Positions 20,601 to 31,553 are shown, numbered from the stretch's first letter. The stretch: 64,000 nt of DNA from Nitrosopumilus sp. (GCA_965223425.1 OZ245003.1:1120001-1184000); one strand, 5' to 3'. The notes: generated from the letters alone by a model not told the origin. Made by a program: numbers and translations.

Positions 20601-20719
20601 TGGAACCAATACGAGCTTGTCCCCTTTGTCCTGAATGTGGCTCAAAGAAGTTCATTAGATTGCCTGGCAAAAAGATCACTGTAAAATGCCGCTCATGTGA
20701 CACAATCATCGAAATCTAA
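20600..20719 (+). CDS. 39-aa zinc-ribbon microprotein
   Basis: MEPIRACPLCPECGSKKFIRLPGKKITVKCRSCDTIIEI; ATG overlaps the upstream stop. Confidence 0.7.
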   Translation: MEPIRACPLCPECGSKKFIRLPGKKITVKCRSCDTIIEI

Positions 20720-20764
20720 ATTACATGTCTGATATTTGTAACATTCCTGTCATAATCATGGCAG

Positions 20765-20843
20765 GAAACTGAAACAACAAATGATGGAGAGATTAAATGT
20801 AGAGTTTAGATATGAGAAAGTTCTACAAGTGGACTCAAAATAA
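20765..20843 (+). mobile_element. Short IS6-like transposase remnant
   Basis: MMERLNVEFR..EKV-like text similar to the remnants at 21380 and 58000. Confidence 0.45.
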
Positions 20844-21140
20844 GATTCTGCCACACGAAATCATCTCTTATCCTACTGTGGGCCATCCTCAATGTACTTT
20901 GCTGAATGAGGACGTTTCTGATTTGCATTGCATCTTCTTATGCTTTCTTTGCGTTAACTCATGATTCTGTGTACGATATTCTTCAGAGTTTGTTAGCATG
21001 TGCCAGATTCCCTCAAGCATCATCTACCTTGCAGTAACAGTAGCAGATACCTTTGCCTTTTGTCTTCCCCTTCTTTTTGCAATTCTTGAATAAAATGATT
21101 CCATCCTTGGATCAAATCGTATCGCAGTATTTGCAGCCTT
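20844..21140 (-). mobile_element. IS110-family 3' remnant
   Basis: Minus strand AANTAIRFDPRMESFYSRIAKRRGRQKAKVSA...IWHMLTNSEEY. Confidence 0.75.
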
Positions 21141-21145
21141 TTTTC

Positions 21146-21620
21146 AGTAATGGATGATGAGACAAGATTCTGGATTGCACAGGAAGTTGGGAATAGAAAG
21201 GAATGTCACAACGCAAGAGAATTACTACAAAAGGCAAAGCAAGTTACAGGAACTAAACCAAAGGTGTTCATTACTGACAGTCTAGGAAGTTATGCAGAAT
21301 CTTATCGCAAAGAATTTTGGACAGTAAAGAGAGCAAACAGAACTTTGCACATTTGTTATATCCATCGACAAGGGATATGAACAATAACAAAATGAAGCGT
21401 CTTAACGGTTAGTTTCGAGATAGAAAGAAAGTTGTCAGAGGTATCAAAAAGGATGCTACTGTAATCATTGATGGTTATCAAATTTATCACAATTGCGTCA
21501 GATCACATGTGGTGGTGCTAGATGGCAAGACACCTGCCGAAGCCTGTGGTATTTGCGTGCAAGGAGAGAATAAATGGAAAACCATGATTCAGAACGCAAG
21601 CAGAAGATAAAGAAAGTAGC
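21146..21620 (+). pseudogene. IS6-like DDE transposase remnant
   Basis: MDDETRFWIA, FITDSLGSY, NNNKMKRLNG, IYHNCVRSH, TPAEACG with stops and frameshifts. Confidence 0.8.
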
Positions 21621-21729
21621 CAAACTAGGTGTGAAATGTGCTTGGTTAATGGTAGATTATTTAATCTAAGAAGATAAGTTATTTTTTTAACAAGATATGT
21701 TATTAATAGATAAAAAATATTATTAAAAT

Positions 21730-22134
21730 ATGAAAGATCCTCAAATTGCATATAAAGAAAGATTAGAGAATATTTTGAAGCTGACTACTGATGAACAGTA
21801 TATGAGTTGTTTCCAAATAACTAGAAATCTTACAAATTTTAGCTGGACGATGGAATTGAAAGATGAAGTATTCATAAGTGAAGTGCTTGAAGCACTTTTT
21901 AAACAGATGGGAAATTTAATTGAGACATATAAAATACCACAAGAAATTAGAGAAGACATAAAAATACAATTATCAGTACTCATGAAAAAATTAATTGAAA
22001 CATATCCTAAAACCAGTCCATCCGATTTATATGAATCATTAAAAGAATTGAGATATGCAGCTACTTACCATCAATTTAATGTATGGCAAAAATATTCAGA
22101 AAAATATCCTGGTGGATTAGGAATGAATGAATAA
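21730..22134 (+). CDS. Hypothetical helical protein
   Basis: 134-aa AT-rich ORF ending 2 nt before the next gene. Confidence 0.75.
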   Translation: MKDPQIAYKERLENILKLTTDEQYMSCFQITRNLTNFSWTMELKDEVFISEVLEALFKQMGNLIETYKIPQEIREDIKIQLSVLMKKLIETYPKTSPSDLYESLKELRYAATYHQFNVWQKYSEKYPGGLGMNE

Positions 22135-22136
22135 TT

Positions 22137-22442
22137 ATGACAACCATTTTGGAAACTAAAAAGAAAGAGAATAAACAGGAAATGCAAAATGCTTGGATAG
22201 AATTCGTAGAAACTAATCAAAAAAGTCCAGAGGAAGCACATAGAATTATCATATTCACAATGCACAAACAACAGAAAGTTATTGATCGTTTATTACAAGA
22301 CAACAAAACTTTATGGAAACAGCTTCAAAAATATAAAACAACTCAAGAATTAATTTCGGAAGGACAACCACAAAGTTCAACATATAGAATCGTTAAAAAA
22401 ATTTGGGATAATAAAGAAGATGAGTTCTGGGACACTTTTTGA
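22137..22442 (+). CDS. Putative antitoxin (DUF2281-like C-terminal W..EDE.W motif)
   Basis: KKIWDNKEDEFWDTF tail; overlaps the toxin start by 23 nt. Confidence 0.7.
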   Translation: MTTILETKKKENKQEMQNAWIEFVETNQKSPEEAHRIIIFTMHKQQKVIDRLLQDNKTLWKQLQKYKTTQELISEGQPQSSTYRIVKKIWDNKEDEFWDTF

Positions 22443-22773
22443 ACCACAAGAGATTATTTTAACAGAGATAGTTTTTCCTAATCAACAACTTAAAAAAAGA
22501 CCTGTATTGGTGATTTCAGAATTTTCCAAAAACACATCCGAAAATATTTTTGTTTGCTTACCAATAACTTCATCTCTTTATGATGATCCATTTGCAATTA
22601 AAATTAATAATTCAGATACTCAAGAAGGATTTTTTCCTAAACCAAGTCAAGTTTTATGCCAATACTATTTTACAGAATTAAAAAGTGACATAGATAGAAA
22701 AATAGGGAAAATAACCCCACAATTTTATCAAAAAGTAAAGACAAAGATTCGTACTGAAATTTTAGATGTTTGA
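22420..22773 (+). CDS. PemK/MazF-family endoribonuclease toxin
   Basis: FP...KKRPVLVIS, CLPITS, RKIGKI. Confidence 0.9.
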   Translation: MSSGTLFEPQEIILTEIVFPNQQLKKRPVLVISEFSKNTSENIFVCLPITSSLYDDPFAIKINNSDTQEGFFPKPSQVLCQYYFTELKSDIDRKIGKITPQFYQKVKTKIRTEILDV

Positions 22774-22898
22774 TTTAGTATGGTACTGCTCAAACCCACG
22801 CCCGACGATTTTTGACATCTACAAGATCTGACGATAAGTTGACAGACGTTATACGAAATCTTTTCTGTATCTTGTGATATTTCATTACTGTTGGGCCT

Positions 22899-23054
22899 CA
22901 TGCTAACAAACTCTGAAGAGTATCGTACACAGAATCATGAGTTGACGCAAAGAAGCATGAGACGATGCAATACAAATCAGAAACGTCCTGATTCAGCAAA
23001 GCATACTGAGAATGGCCCACAGTAAGATAAGAGATGATTTCGTATGGGAGAACC
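22899..23054 (+). repeat. Second copy of the IS110 3' end, inverted relative to 20844-21000
   Basis: About 155-bp reverse-complement match with scattered mismatches; encodes MLTNSEEYRTQNHELTQRSMRRC. Confidence 0.85.
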
Positions 23055-23235
23055 CAAACAGATATTCTTTATGAAGAATCTGACAGTCATTGGATTTGTC
23101 AAGGATCGGTGATCAAAGACGCTTTGACTGACTCTTGTTGGTGATCTTTGAACTTTTTACAAGATTGTGGCTGAAAACTTGGAAAGGCTCTTTTAACCAT
23201 TACGCATAAAACAGGGAAATAACACTGCCCATAGC

Positions 23236-24234
23236 ATGGCAAAAACGTGGAAAGATAACGATATCAGCCTTGACTCAATTAAGGATCAAACAATTGCCGT
23301 ACTAGGCTATGGAATCCAAGGTGATGCGCAAGCCAACAACATGAAAGACTCTGGCTTAAATGTGATAATTGGTCTTAAAGAAGGAGGCAACAGCTGGAAA
23401 AAGGCATCAGCAGACGGTCACAAAGTGATGTCAGTTGCAGATGCAACCAAACAAGCAGACATTATCCACGTATTGATCCCCGACATGATTCAAGGCCAGG
23501 TATACAAGGATGAAATCAGACCAAATCTTTCTGAAGGACAAGCACTGTCATTTTCTCACGCAGCTGCAATATACTGGAAATGGATTGAAGCGCCAAGCAA
23601 TGTTGATCTTATCATGGTTGCCCCAAAAGGACCCGGTTCTAAAGTTAGAGAAACATATCTTGACAGTTTTGGAACTCCTTCAATTGTTGCAGTTGAGCAA
23701 GACTTTACGGGAAAAGCTTGGGATAGGACGCTGGGAATTGCAAAAGCAATTGGAAGCGCAAGAGCTGGATTGATTCAAACTACTTTCAAAGAGGAAGTGG
23801 AAACTGATTGGTTCGGCGAACAGGCAGACCTCTGTGGCGGTGCAGCTTCCATGGTAACAAACGCATTTGAAACCCTAGTTGAAGCAGGATACCAACCAGA
23901 AATAGCATATTTTGAAGTCTTGCATGAACTCAAACTCATTGTAGATATGATTCAAAGATATGGAATTAATGGAATGTGGAGACGCGTTAGCGAAACTGCC
24001 AGATATGGGGGGCTAACTCGCGGTCCAATGGTTATGGATGCCGCAAGCAAAGGGAACATGAAAAAAGTTCTAACCATGATTCAAGATGGGACATTCAACA
24101 AAGAGTGGATCTCTGAATATCAGAAAAGCGGCAAAGACGCATTTGATAAATACATGAAACAGTATGACGAACACCAAATTGAAAAAGTTGGCAAAGAAAT
24201 GCGTAAGATGATGTGGCCTGATTCCACAGAATAG
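23236..24234 (+). CDS. ilvC: Ketol-acid reductoisomerase
   Basis: GYGIQGDAQA, APKGPG, ETDWFGEQ, SETARYG. Confidence 0.98.
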   Translation: MAKTWKDNDISLDSIKDQTIAVLGYGIQGDAQANNMKDSGLNVIIGLKEGGNSWKKASADGHKVMSVADATKQADIIHVLIPDMIQGQVYKDEIRPNLSEGQALSFSHAAAIYWKWIEAPSNVDLIMVAPKGPGSKVRETYLDSFGTPSIVAVEQDFTGKAWDRTLGIAKAIGSARAGLIQTTFKEEVETDWFGEQADLCGGAASMVTNAFETLVEAGYQPEIAYFEVLHELKLIVDMIQRYGINGMWRRVSETARYGGLTRGPMVMDAASKGNMKKVLTMIQDGTFNKEWISEYQKSGKDAFDKYMKQYDEHQIEKVGKEMRKMMWPDSTE

Positions 24235-24250
24235 TTCCTTTTCCTAGATT

Positions 24251-26483
24251 TTATTTCTCAATTACTGTATCTGCAAGACATGCTGTACCGCGATTTGTTT
24301 GGTAGCTTCCGGCATGATCGCCTATTGGTACTGCACGCAAGTCTTTGGGGTCTATGCCTGTCTGAACGGCAGATGCTCTTTTTGTTTTTTTACTGCTCCA
24401 TACAAAAAAGCCTGCGGCAATAGCAGCACCAATCCCTGCCATTACATACATTATTAGAACTTGCATGTCATTTTCATTTCCTCCTGGCGGCGCGTTGCTT
24501 TGTATCGTAAACATCTCCACTTTTCCAAGATGCTCTTCATTGACATATCCTTCAATGACTATGGTTGCGTCGTCTTGCGACTCTATGGACTGGATGAGAT
24601 ATCTTTCTCCATCTATGGCAAACTCCTCTTGCATGTCTCTGTCCTGGCATAATCCCAAGTAAACTGTACATATCCCCATAGAGTAATTTGTTATCACATT
24701 TCCTGAAAACCCATATCGCTTTGTCTCGACCATTTGTGCGGTAGGATCAAACATAGACTCCCATTTTGATAGTGACAATTCAGAGATTCCACTGGCGTCT
24801 ATTAATTTCATATCCAAAATCTTCATTGCGTTGCTATCTGAAAGATACTCCGACGTTTTTGGCAGGGTTGCATCAAAGATGGATTTCGGGGAATTGATGT
24901 CGTAGAATCCGTATTCCGTCTCCATTGGAATTTCTCCTGAGATTGAAAACCCTCGCCATTGTGAATCAAGAGTAGCAGAGTCCTCAACAAAGTGACCCCG
25001 CATGGTGGGACGCAAAACAACCTTGTATTCTATTCCAACTGATTCTTCTTTAGGCATAGCAACTGCAGAATACTCTCCTGATATGTCAGTCACTTTGGCA
25101 AATGATTTTTCTTGCAATTCAGAATTTATCAAATCAACTAGAATGCCAGCATTCTCTGAATTTATGTCAAATGTTACCTTTTGTTGTACGTCTCCAACTA
25201 TAGTGTCAATCAAAAGTTTTTGAGAGTGAGCGACCTTCTACAGATAAACTTCATCGCATCAAGCTTGGGACGGGCTGTCCTGAAATATTCTGACATTGCA
25301 TGGCGCATGTGCACAACCGTAGCGTAATATTCAGATACCGACACGTCCCGTTTTGCCTGATGCCAGTACTCCTCAACTACACTGAGCTCAGGCGTTGCAG
25401 TCGGAAGCCATATTGTCCTGACATCGGGGTTGCCTGCAAGAAACTCTTTTACAATCCTTGCCTTGTGCTGCGGCGCGTTGTCCATGATGATTGTCACCTT
25501 GCCAAAATGACTTGTCATCTCCTTGATGTATTGCAGAACCGTCTCCTTGTCAAACCTGTCATATGTCCTAAAGAACTGCCTGCCGTCTGTCGCAATGGAG
25601 CCGTATGCCACCACCCTGCCGTGCCGTCCCTTGTATGTCGTTGTGATTGGCTCCCCTTTTGGTGACCAGTACTTTGCGCCACTTGCAGGATCGTCGATGA
25701 ATACCGATTCGTCAAAAACGACAGTTGTAAAACCCCTCAATTCCAGGCGTGAAATCCGCCTTTTTGCATTGTGTTGCCACCTTTTGATTTTGTCAATTTC
25801 TGCCCTGCTGATGTGGATGCGCTGAGCCGTCTTGGCAGACATTCCAAGCTTGTGCATTATCTTTCTGATGCTGGTTATGTGGTATTTTACTTTGAATCTT
25901 TTTTGTATGTCGCTTTTGAGTCTTTTTGGCGTAATAATGCCGCTGCTGTTTGTATCTGATACAACCTTTGCAATCTTGTCCAACCGAACCTTTGGCGGCC
26001 TGCCTGTCTTTGGAAGATCCCGGAGGGCGTCTATGCCGCCCTTCTCCTCCTTGAAGCGTTCCACCCAGAAGGACACCCAGTTGGGGCACTGCATGAGCGA
26101 GTCTGCCACATGTTGAATGCTTTCATTGTTCATGCACACCATGTTTACGGCCGCCATTCTGATCTTGACACGAGGGTTCTTCTCCCTCTTGTACGCTTTC
26201 TTCAGGTCTTCGGATTTTACTGTGGGCATTGCAATGCGTGGTGCGGCGTGATCAAAATGTATTTCTGTCTAACATATTTGATCTCAAGAACTTTTGCTCT
26301 AGACTATAGTTCTGCCAATTTAGAATCTTTATCGTATTGGATTGTCACAACTCGTGTAAACTGAAAAGTTGGTACAAACTCTTCAGTGTCTTTTGCAATC
26401 ACTGCATCAAGCTGAGCAGCATATGCTGGATACATCGATGTTGTAACAACTAGTACCACTAGAATTGCAACATACTTTGACAT
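24251..26483 (-). pseudogene. Secreted, C-terminally anchored surface protein disrupted by IS630
   Basis: 5' part 26483-26307 (signal peptide MSKYVAILVVLVVTTSMYPAYA) joins in frame (LAEL/VGDVQQ) to 25198-24251, which has a C-terminal TM helix. Confidence 0.88.
25201..26306 (-). mobile_element. IS630-family element; transposase at 25210-26229
   Basis: TA duplication (25199-25200, 26307-26308); imperfect TIR with CAAAAGTT(T/C)TTGAGA core; FDES, MDNAPQH, PELSVVE motifs. Confidence 0.93.
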
Positions 26484-26581
26484 ATCTTGTCTTGTGTTTT
26501 TTAATATAAAATTAAAACAAGAAATTATCTTTTTTGAGAAAACGTCTGTGTTTTTTTATATTATCTCTGAGTCATTATTTT

Positions 26582-26888
26582 ATGCAAAAAAAAATTACGT
26601 GTAATTTGCACAGGAGTATGTCTTGCAACGTTGGTCGTCCTTATCCCTCCCGCGTTTGCACAATACGACATCATCCCTGACAGGGGATTGTACCAAGAAA
26701 TGGAAAAATCCAAAAACAAAGTGGACATTGCAACAAAGGAAGGCGCTACTGGTTCTGGCGTTCCTATATTTACTGTAGATGGAATATTGGGAGCATCACT
26801 GCTTTCTGCTGGCATATTTGGGGGAACTGCTGCAACGTTTTTCATTCGAGGCAGAAAAGGCAGATATGCTGCAATGGGGAGGGGATAA
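26582..26888 (+). CDS. Small exported/membrane protein with apparent frameshift in an A9 run
   Basis: Removing one A gives MQKKLRVICTGVCLATLVVLIPPAFAQ joined to ORF 26631-26888; poly-T follows the stop. Confidence 0.6.
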
Positions 26889-26996
26889 CCCTCTTTTTTT
26901 ACGCATAAATTTTGTGTAGATATTTAAAGAAAATTATTTTTATCAAAAATAACAAAAAGTGGAAATCTTAAGTACGATTTTGACGTATATAATATA

Positions 26997-27506
26997 ATGC
27001 CAAACCAGTTCTCCCAGTTATTGTGCATTGACACAATAAGAAACGCAAACAACCATTTAGAACCAGGCCAACGAACTATGCTTGCATGTGAGAACAAATC
27101 ACCCCAGTCTGCAGTAAAAGCCGCATTAACAATTCTAAAGGATCATGATTATGCGTTATGGATTGAGCTTCATGAGCATAACTTGGCTGAAAAAATTATT
27201 AGAATCTATTCTGATCCAACAAAGCGTCGTATCTTATTGCAAATAGACAAGCCAACTACAAAAGAAGAATTGCTTAAAAAATGTGATGCCTCACTGTCTT
27301 CTGGATACCGAAAGTTCAACGAGTTGTTACTGGATGGTTTTATCCTGCCAGTCGGATACACTAGAGCTGCAAAACGAATGCGTCTATATGACAAAATAAT
27401 CTCAAAGGCAGAGTTTAGCGTATCTGCAAAAATAAGCCAGATACGACTTCAGGTAAACCTGTCACGCCTGCCAAAACCACACATAGGAGAGACAATCTAT
27501 CCATGA
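26997..27506 (+). CDS. Winged-helix transcriptional regulator-like protein
   Basis: SDPTKRRILL...SLSSGYRKFNELLLDGFI. Confidence 0.75.
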   Translation: MPNQFSQLLCIDTIRNANNHLEPGQRTMLACENKSPQSAVKAALTILKDHDYALWIELHEHNLAEKIIRIYSDPTKRRILLQIDKPTTKEELLKKCDASLSSGYRKFNELLLDGFILPVGYTRAAKRMRLYDKIISKAEFSVSAKISQIRLQVNLSRLPKPHIGETIYP

Positions 27507-28078
27507 CTGCGATGGAGACTCTCCTTGCCAATCCTTTTGAAGAGGCGTTTACAGGTTTTGTGTGCAATGATGATATCAAGAAAATTAAAAGCCACCTCTT
27601 TGAGCAATATCATATCACACTGCCTTCCTCATTGAAAGACTTCCAAAAATTTGAATCTATCACAGAACAGGTTCTGGGCAATGACAGTGTTCCTACAATC
27701 AAAAAAACATTTGATCACATCTGCCATCTTGAATCTGGCAACATAATGGAGATTAAAGACGAATCTCTAAAAAACTCAATCCTGTCTTCCTTTGAGAATC
27801 CAACTAAAAAAGAGATTCTAGATATTGCGTTTGACTACCCCTTGACAGTTTGGGAGATTGCATCAAGAGTAAAATTCGGCTCATTTTCCATTCCTGAAAA
27901 CATCTCTTATCTGATTTCACACGGATTACTTGCCACAAATGACTCAGAATCTGAACCAAACAAAAAATATTATTCAACAATAGATGAATTCTCGATCAGG
28001 ATTGAGGATAAGGAGTTTCATATGTACGTCACTATCAACGAGATTGCCAATGAAAATCCGTTAAAAACAATTTCTTGA
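27503..28078 (+). CDS. Winged-helix transcriptional regulator-like protein
   Basis: ILSSFENPTKKEIL...ISYLISHGLL...KYYS; ATGA-coupled to the upstream paralog-like gene. Confidence 0.7.
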   Translation: MTAMETLLANPFEEAFTGFVCNDDIKKIKSHLFEQYHITLPSSLKDFQKFESITEQVLGNDSVPTIKKTFDHICHLESGNIMEIKDESLKNSILSSFENPTKKEILDIAFDYPLTVWEIASRVKFGSFSIPENISYLISHGLLATNDSESEPNKKYYSTIDEFSIRIEDKEFHMYVTINEIANENPLKTIS

Positions 28079-28082
28079 TTTC

Positions 28083-28505
28083 CTATATTTTTCTTAGTTT
28101 GGATACGCCAGTTGTTATGTGATCAATGATTGTTGGCAGTGGTGTCCCAGGACCAAACACATGGTTCACTCCTCCCTTAATCAAATCTTTATGGTCTATT
28201 TCAGGAATCACTCCTCCCCCAACAACTAGTACGTCATCAAGCCCTTTCTTTTTTACTGCCTTGACTACTCTTGGAAACAATGTTCCATGTGCGCCATTTA
28301 GCAAACTCATTGCGATTGCATCAACGTCCTCGTCTTCTGCAATCTGTGCTACTCTTTCTGGTGTTGCAAAAAGTCCTGAATAGATTACCTCCATTCCTGC
28401 ATCTCTAAACGCCCTACAAAGTACCAATGCCCCCCTGTCATGACCATCTAGTCCTAATTTGGCAACAAGAATTTTGATACTTCGTGATGCAGCTTTTTGC
28501 TTCAT
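28083..28505 (-). CDS. Methylmalonyl-CoA mutase small (B12-binding) subunit
   Basis: DGHDRG cobalamin motif, GGVIP. Confidence 0.96.
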   Translation of the reverse strand: MKQKAASRSIKILVAKLGLDGHDRGALVLCRAFRDAGMEVIYSGLFATPERVAQIAEDEDVDAIAMSLLNGAHGTLFPRVVKAVKKKGLDDVLVVGGGVIPEIDHKDLIKGGVNHVFGPGTPLPTIIDHITTGVSKLRKI

Positions 28506-28606
28506 AATATCAATAACTATTTGGTATATTTTAAAGGCTTTTTCTGATTTTTGAATTTATGCTTTAATAGAAAATCTACTTAAAGCGTCTTTAACGTGCC
28601 TATAAC

Positions 28607-31108
28607 GTGGATATTGCCCCGATTAGTTATGACCTGACCTTTGAGCCAGATCTTAAAAAATTCACGTTTGAAGGAATCGAGTCAGTTTCAGCAAATTGCA
28701 AAAAATCTACAAATACAATAACCATGAATTGTGCTGAACTAAAAATAAAATCCTGTCAAGTAAAATCTTCTGGAAAAATCATCAAATCCACTCCTAAAAC
28801 AAGTGAAAAAAAAGAAGAATTACAAATCAAACTAAGTGAAAAAATTAAGGGCAAAGTCACCATACATTTGGAGTTTCAAGGAATCCTAAATGATAGACTA
28901 CTTGGCTTTTATCGCAGTCAATACAAACAAGGTGGAAGAACAAAATATCTTGCAACAACACAGTTTGAAGCAGCAGATGCCAGACGTGCATTTCCTTGTT
29001 GGGATGAACCTGAAGCAAAAGCAACATTTGGAATTTCAATAATTGCAGACAACAAATTTACCGCAATTTCTAACATGCCAGTAAAATCAAAGAAAAAGAC
29101 TGGAAACAAAACACTTTACACATTTGGAAGGACTCCGATTGTTTCAACATATCTGATCTACCTTGGTGTTGGCGAATTTGAATATCTCGCTGGAAAGATT
29201 GGCAAAATACAGATTAGAGTTGTAACAACAAAGGGAAACAAGTCAAAAGGAAGGTTTTCATTAGAATTAGGAAAAAAGCTTCTTACTTCTTATGAAAAAT
29301 ATTTTGGAATAAGATACCCATTGCCAAAACTTGACCTGATTGCTGTTCCTGATTTTGCAGCAGGTGCTATGGAAAATTGGGGCGCCATAACTTTTAGAGA
29401 AACAATTTTACTTTACGATCCTAAAACATCTTCTACCAGAACTAAGCAGTTTATCGCCGAAGTAATCTCACATGAAATTGCACATCAGTGGTTTGGAAAT
29501 CTTGTTACCATGAAATGGTGGAATGACTTGTGGTTAAATGAAAGCTTTGCCACCTTTATGGCAACCAAATTCGTTGACAAATTCTATCCTGAATGGGATT
29601 TGTGGAATCAGTTTGTCGAGGATGCAATGAATGTTGCAATGGGACTTGATTCATTAAAGACCACTCACCCAATTGATGTGAAAGTAAACTCCCCTGCAGA
29701 AATTAGAGAGATTTTTGATGCAATTTCATACGATAAAGGTGGCTGTGTATTGCGAATGCTTGAGCACTATGTGGGCGAACCTAATTTTAGAAAGGGCCTC
29801 AAAAAATATCTCTCCGATTTCAAATACAGAAATGCTGAAGGAGTTGATTTGTGGAATGCAATTGGCAAAGCATCAAAAATGCCTGTTACGTCTATGATAA
29901 ACACGTGGCTCAAACAACCTGGATTTCCGCTAGTTGAGATTAATCAAGATGGAAACGTTTTGAAACTTGAGCAAAAACGCTACTTGCTTGAACCTGATAG
30001 AAAATTCGGCAAAGGTTTGTGGTCCATCCCATTATCCTTGGGTTTAGACAGTGAGATTTCCAAAAAACTGTTCTCTAAAAAATCAATGTCAACAAAACTT
30101 CCAAAAGACACGATAGGTTTTGTTGCAAACTATGGGCGAAAAGGGTTTTACCGTGTAAAATATGATGAAGGAATTTTACTTGATTTGAAGATGCTTGTAG
30201 ATGAAAAACGCATTCCACCTATTGATAGATGGGCAATCCAAAATGATTTGTTTTCTCTTTGTGTTTCTGGAGATGAAAAAGTTAGGAACTATCTTGATTT
30301 TTCAGATGCATATTTTGATGAAGACAGCTATCTTGCATCAGTTAATGTTGCGCATAATCTGGCTTCGTTATATTTTCGCGTTTTTGATGAAAAATTTGTA
30401 GATAAAGTTCATGACTATGCAATCAATTACTTTAGAAAAATTTTGTCTAATTTGGGATGGGAACCTAAAAAATCAGATAAACACACTGATGCACTACTAC
30501 GCTCTTTTATAATTTCCACATTGGGAAAAATGGATGATGAGGAAGTTACTAAAGAATCTCTTAAACGATATTCCAAATTCTTAAAATCTCCCGGCTCTTT
30601 GCCTCCTGATCTGGTGGAGCCAATATGTTCAATTGCGGCATGGAATGGAAATGCAAAAACTTATTCTGAATTGACAAAACTATACAAAAATGCAAAAACT
30701 ACGGAGGAGAAACTTCGTTTCTTAGGTGCCATGTGTGGGTTCAAAGACAAAAAACTTCTCATAAAGTCCCTTGACTTTTCTCAAACCTCAGAGGTTCGCT
30801 CACAAAACATGCAATTGCCAATAATGAAAGTTGCCGCAAATCCTTATGGTGACAAAGTATTGTGGCCATGGCTTAAGAAAAATTGGAAGAAGCTAAACAA
30901 AAAAGTTGGGCATGGTAATCCTTTGTTTAATAGAATCGTGGCCAGCATTTCTTCTGTAGCTGACGATTCAATGGAAGAAGAAATTAAGCAGTTTTTCAAA
31001 AAGAATCCCACTCCTGGAACAGAACGTACACAAGCACAAACCCTTGAACGAATACGAATAAGCTCAAAATTGCTTAGAAATATGAGAAAAGAGTTCAGAC
31101 ATGGCTAA
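28607..31108 (+). CDS. M1-family aminopeptidase
   Basis: GAMEN and HEIAH-x18-E motifs. Confidence 0.97.
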   Translation: MDIAPISYDLTFEPDLKKFTFEGIESVSANCKKSTNTITMNCAELKIKSCQVKSSGKIIKSTPKTSEKKEELQIKLSEKIKGKVTIHLEFQGILNDRLLGFYRSQYKQGGRTKYLATTQFEAADARRAFPCWDEPEAKATFGISIIADNKFTAISNMPVKSKKKTGNKTLYTFGRTPIVSTYLIYLGVGEFEYLAGKIGKIQIRVVTTKGNKSKGRFSLELGKKLLTSYEKYFGIRYPLPKLDLIAVPDFAAGAMENWGAITFRETILLYDPKTSSTRTKQFIAEVISHEIAHQWFGNLVTMKWWNDLWLNESFATFMATKFVDKFYPEWDLWNQFVEDAMNVAMGLDSLKTTHPIDVKVNSPAEIREIFDAISYDKGGCVLRMLEHYVGEPNFRKGLKKYLSDFKYRNAEGVDLWNAIGKASKMPVTSMINTWLKQPGFPLVEINQDGNVLKLEQKRYLLEPDRKFGKGLWSIPLSLGLDSEISKKLFSKKSMSTKLPKDTIGFVANYGRKGFYRVKYDEGILLDLKMLVDEKRIPPIDRWAIQNDLFSLCVSGDEKVRNYLDFSDAYFDEDSYLASVNVAHNLASLYFRVFDEKFVDKVHDYAINYFRKILSNLGWEPKKSDKHTDALLRSFIISTLGKMDDEEVTKESLKRYSKFLKSPGSLPPDLVEPICSIAAWNGNAKTYSELTKLYKNAKTTEEKLRFLGAMCGFKDKKLLIKSLDFSQTSEVRSQNMQLPIMKVAANPYGDKVLWPWLKKNWKKLNKKVGHGNPLFNRIVASISSVADDSMEEEIKQFFKKNPTPGTERTQAQTLERIRISSKLLRNMRKEFRHG

Positions 31109-31508
31109 AAAATTTGGCGCCCCAATTTTCCTTGGGCTAATTACTGTCTTGGCGCTGGTTTTTTTGACTGGCGGAGGAACAGATGATAAAGACATTCTTC
31201 GTCAAACGTTTCAGATAGAGGCAATATACCATGATTCTAGTTATGTTGAGATCTCTTATTTGGATAAATCTGAAAAGACAAATTCCGTTGTTATGGAAAT
31301 TCTTGGAATGGAGGAATCATTTCAAAAGACATTCTCTGACTCGGAATTTATAGAAATTGTACCATTCCCAAACCCCTCCAAATATGGTTGGCCAATACAT
31401 CCTGTAGTTTTTGAAATTGAACATGAAGAGTTGGGCCACATTCAATTAAAAACCGAAATTCATTCTCCTGATGAACCCATCCCCACTGTAATCTATTCTA
31501 GACCCTAG
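31101..31508 (+). CDS. Hypothetical membrane-anchored protein
   Basis: N-terminal TM helix; overlaps the peptidase stop. Confidence 0.8.
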   Translation: MAKKFGAPIFLGLITVLALVFLTGGGTDDKDILRQTFQIEAIYHDSSYVEISYLDKSEKTNSVVMEILGMEESFQKTFSDSEFIEIVPFPNPSKYGWPIHPVVFEIEHEELGHIQLKTEIHSPDEPIPTVIYSRP

Positions 31509-31553
31509 ATCAGAACACAAGATTTTATTGCACCTCTAAAACTTTACAGTATA

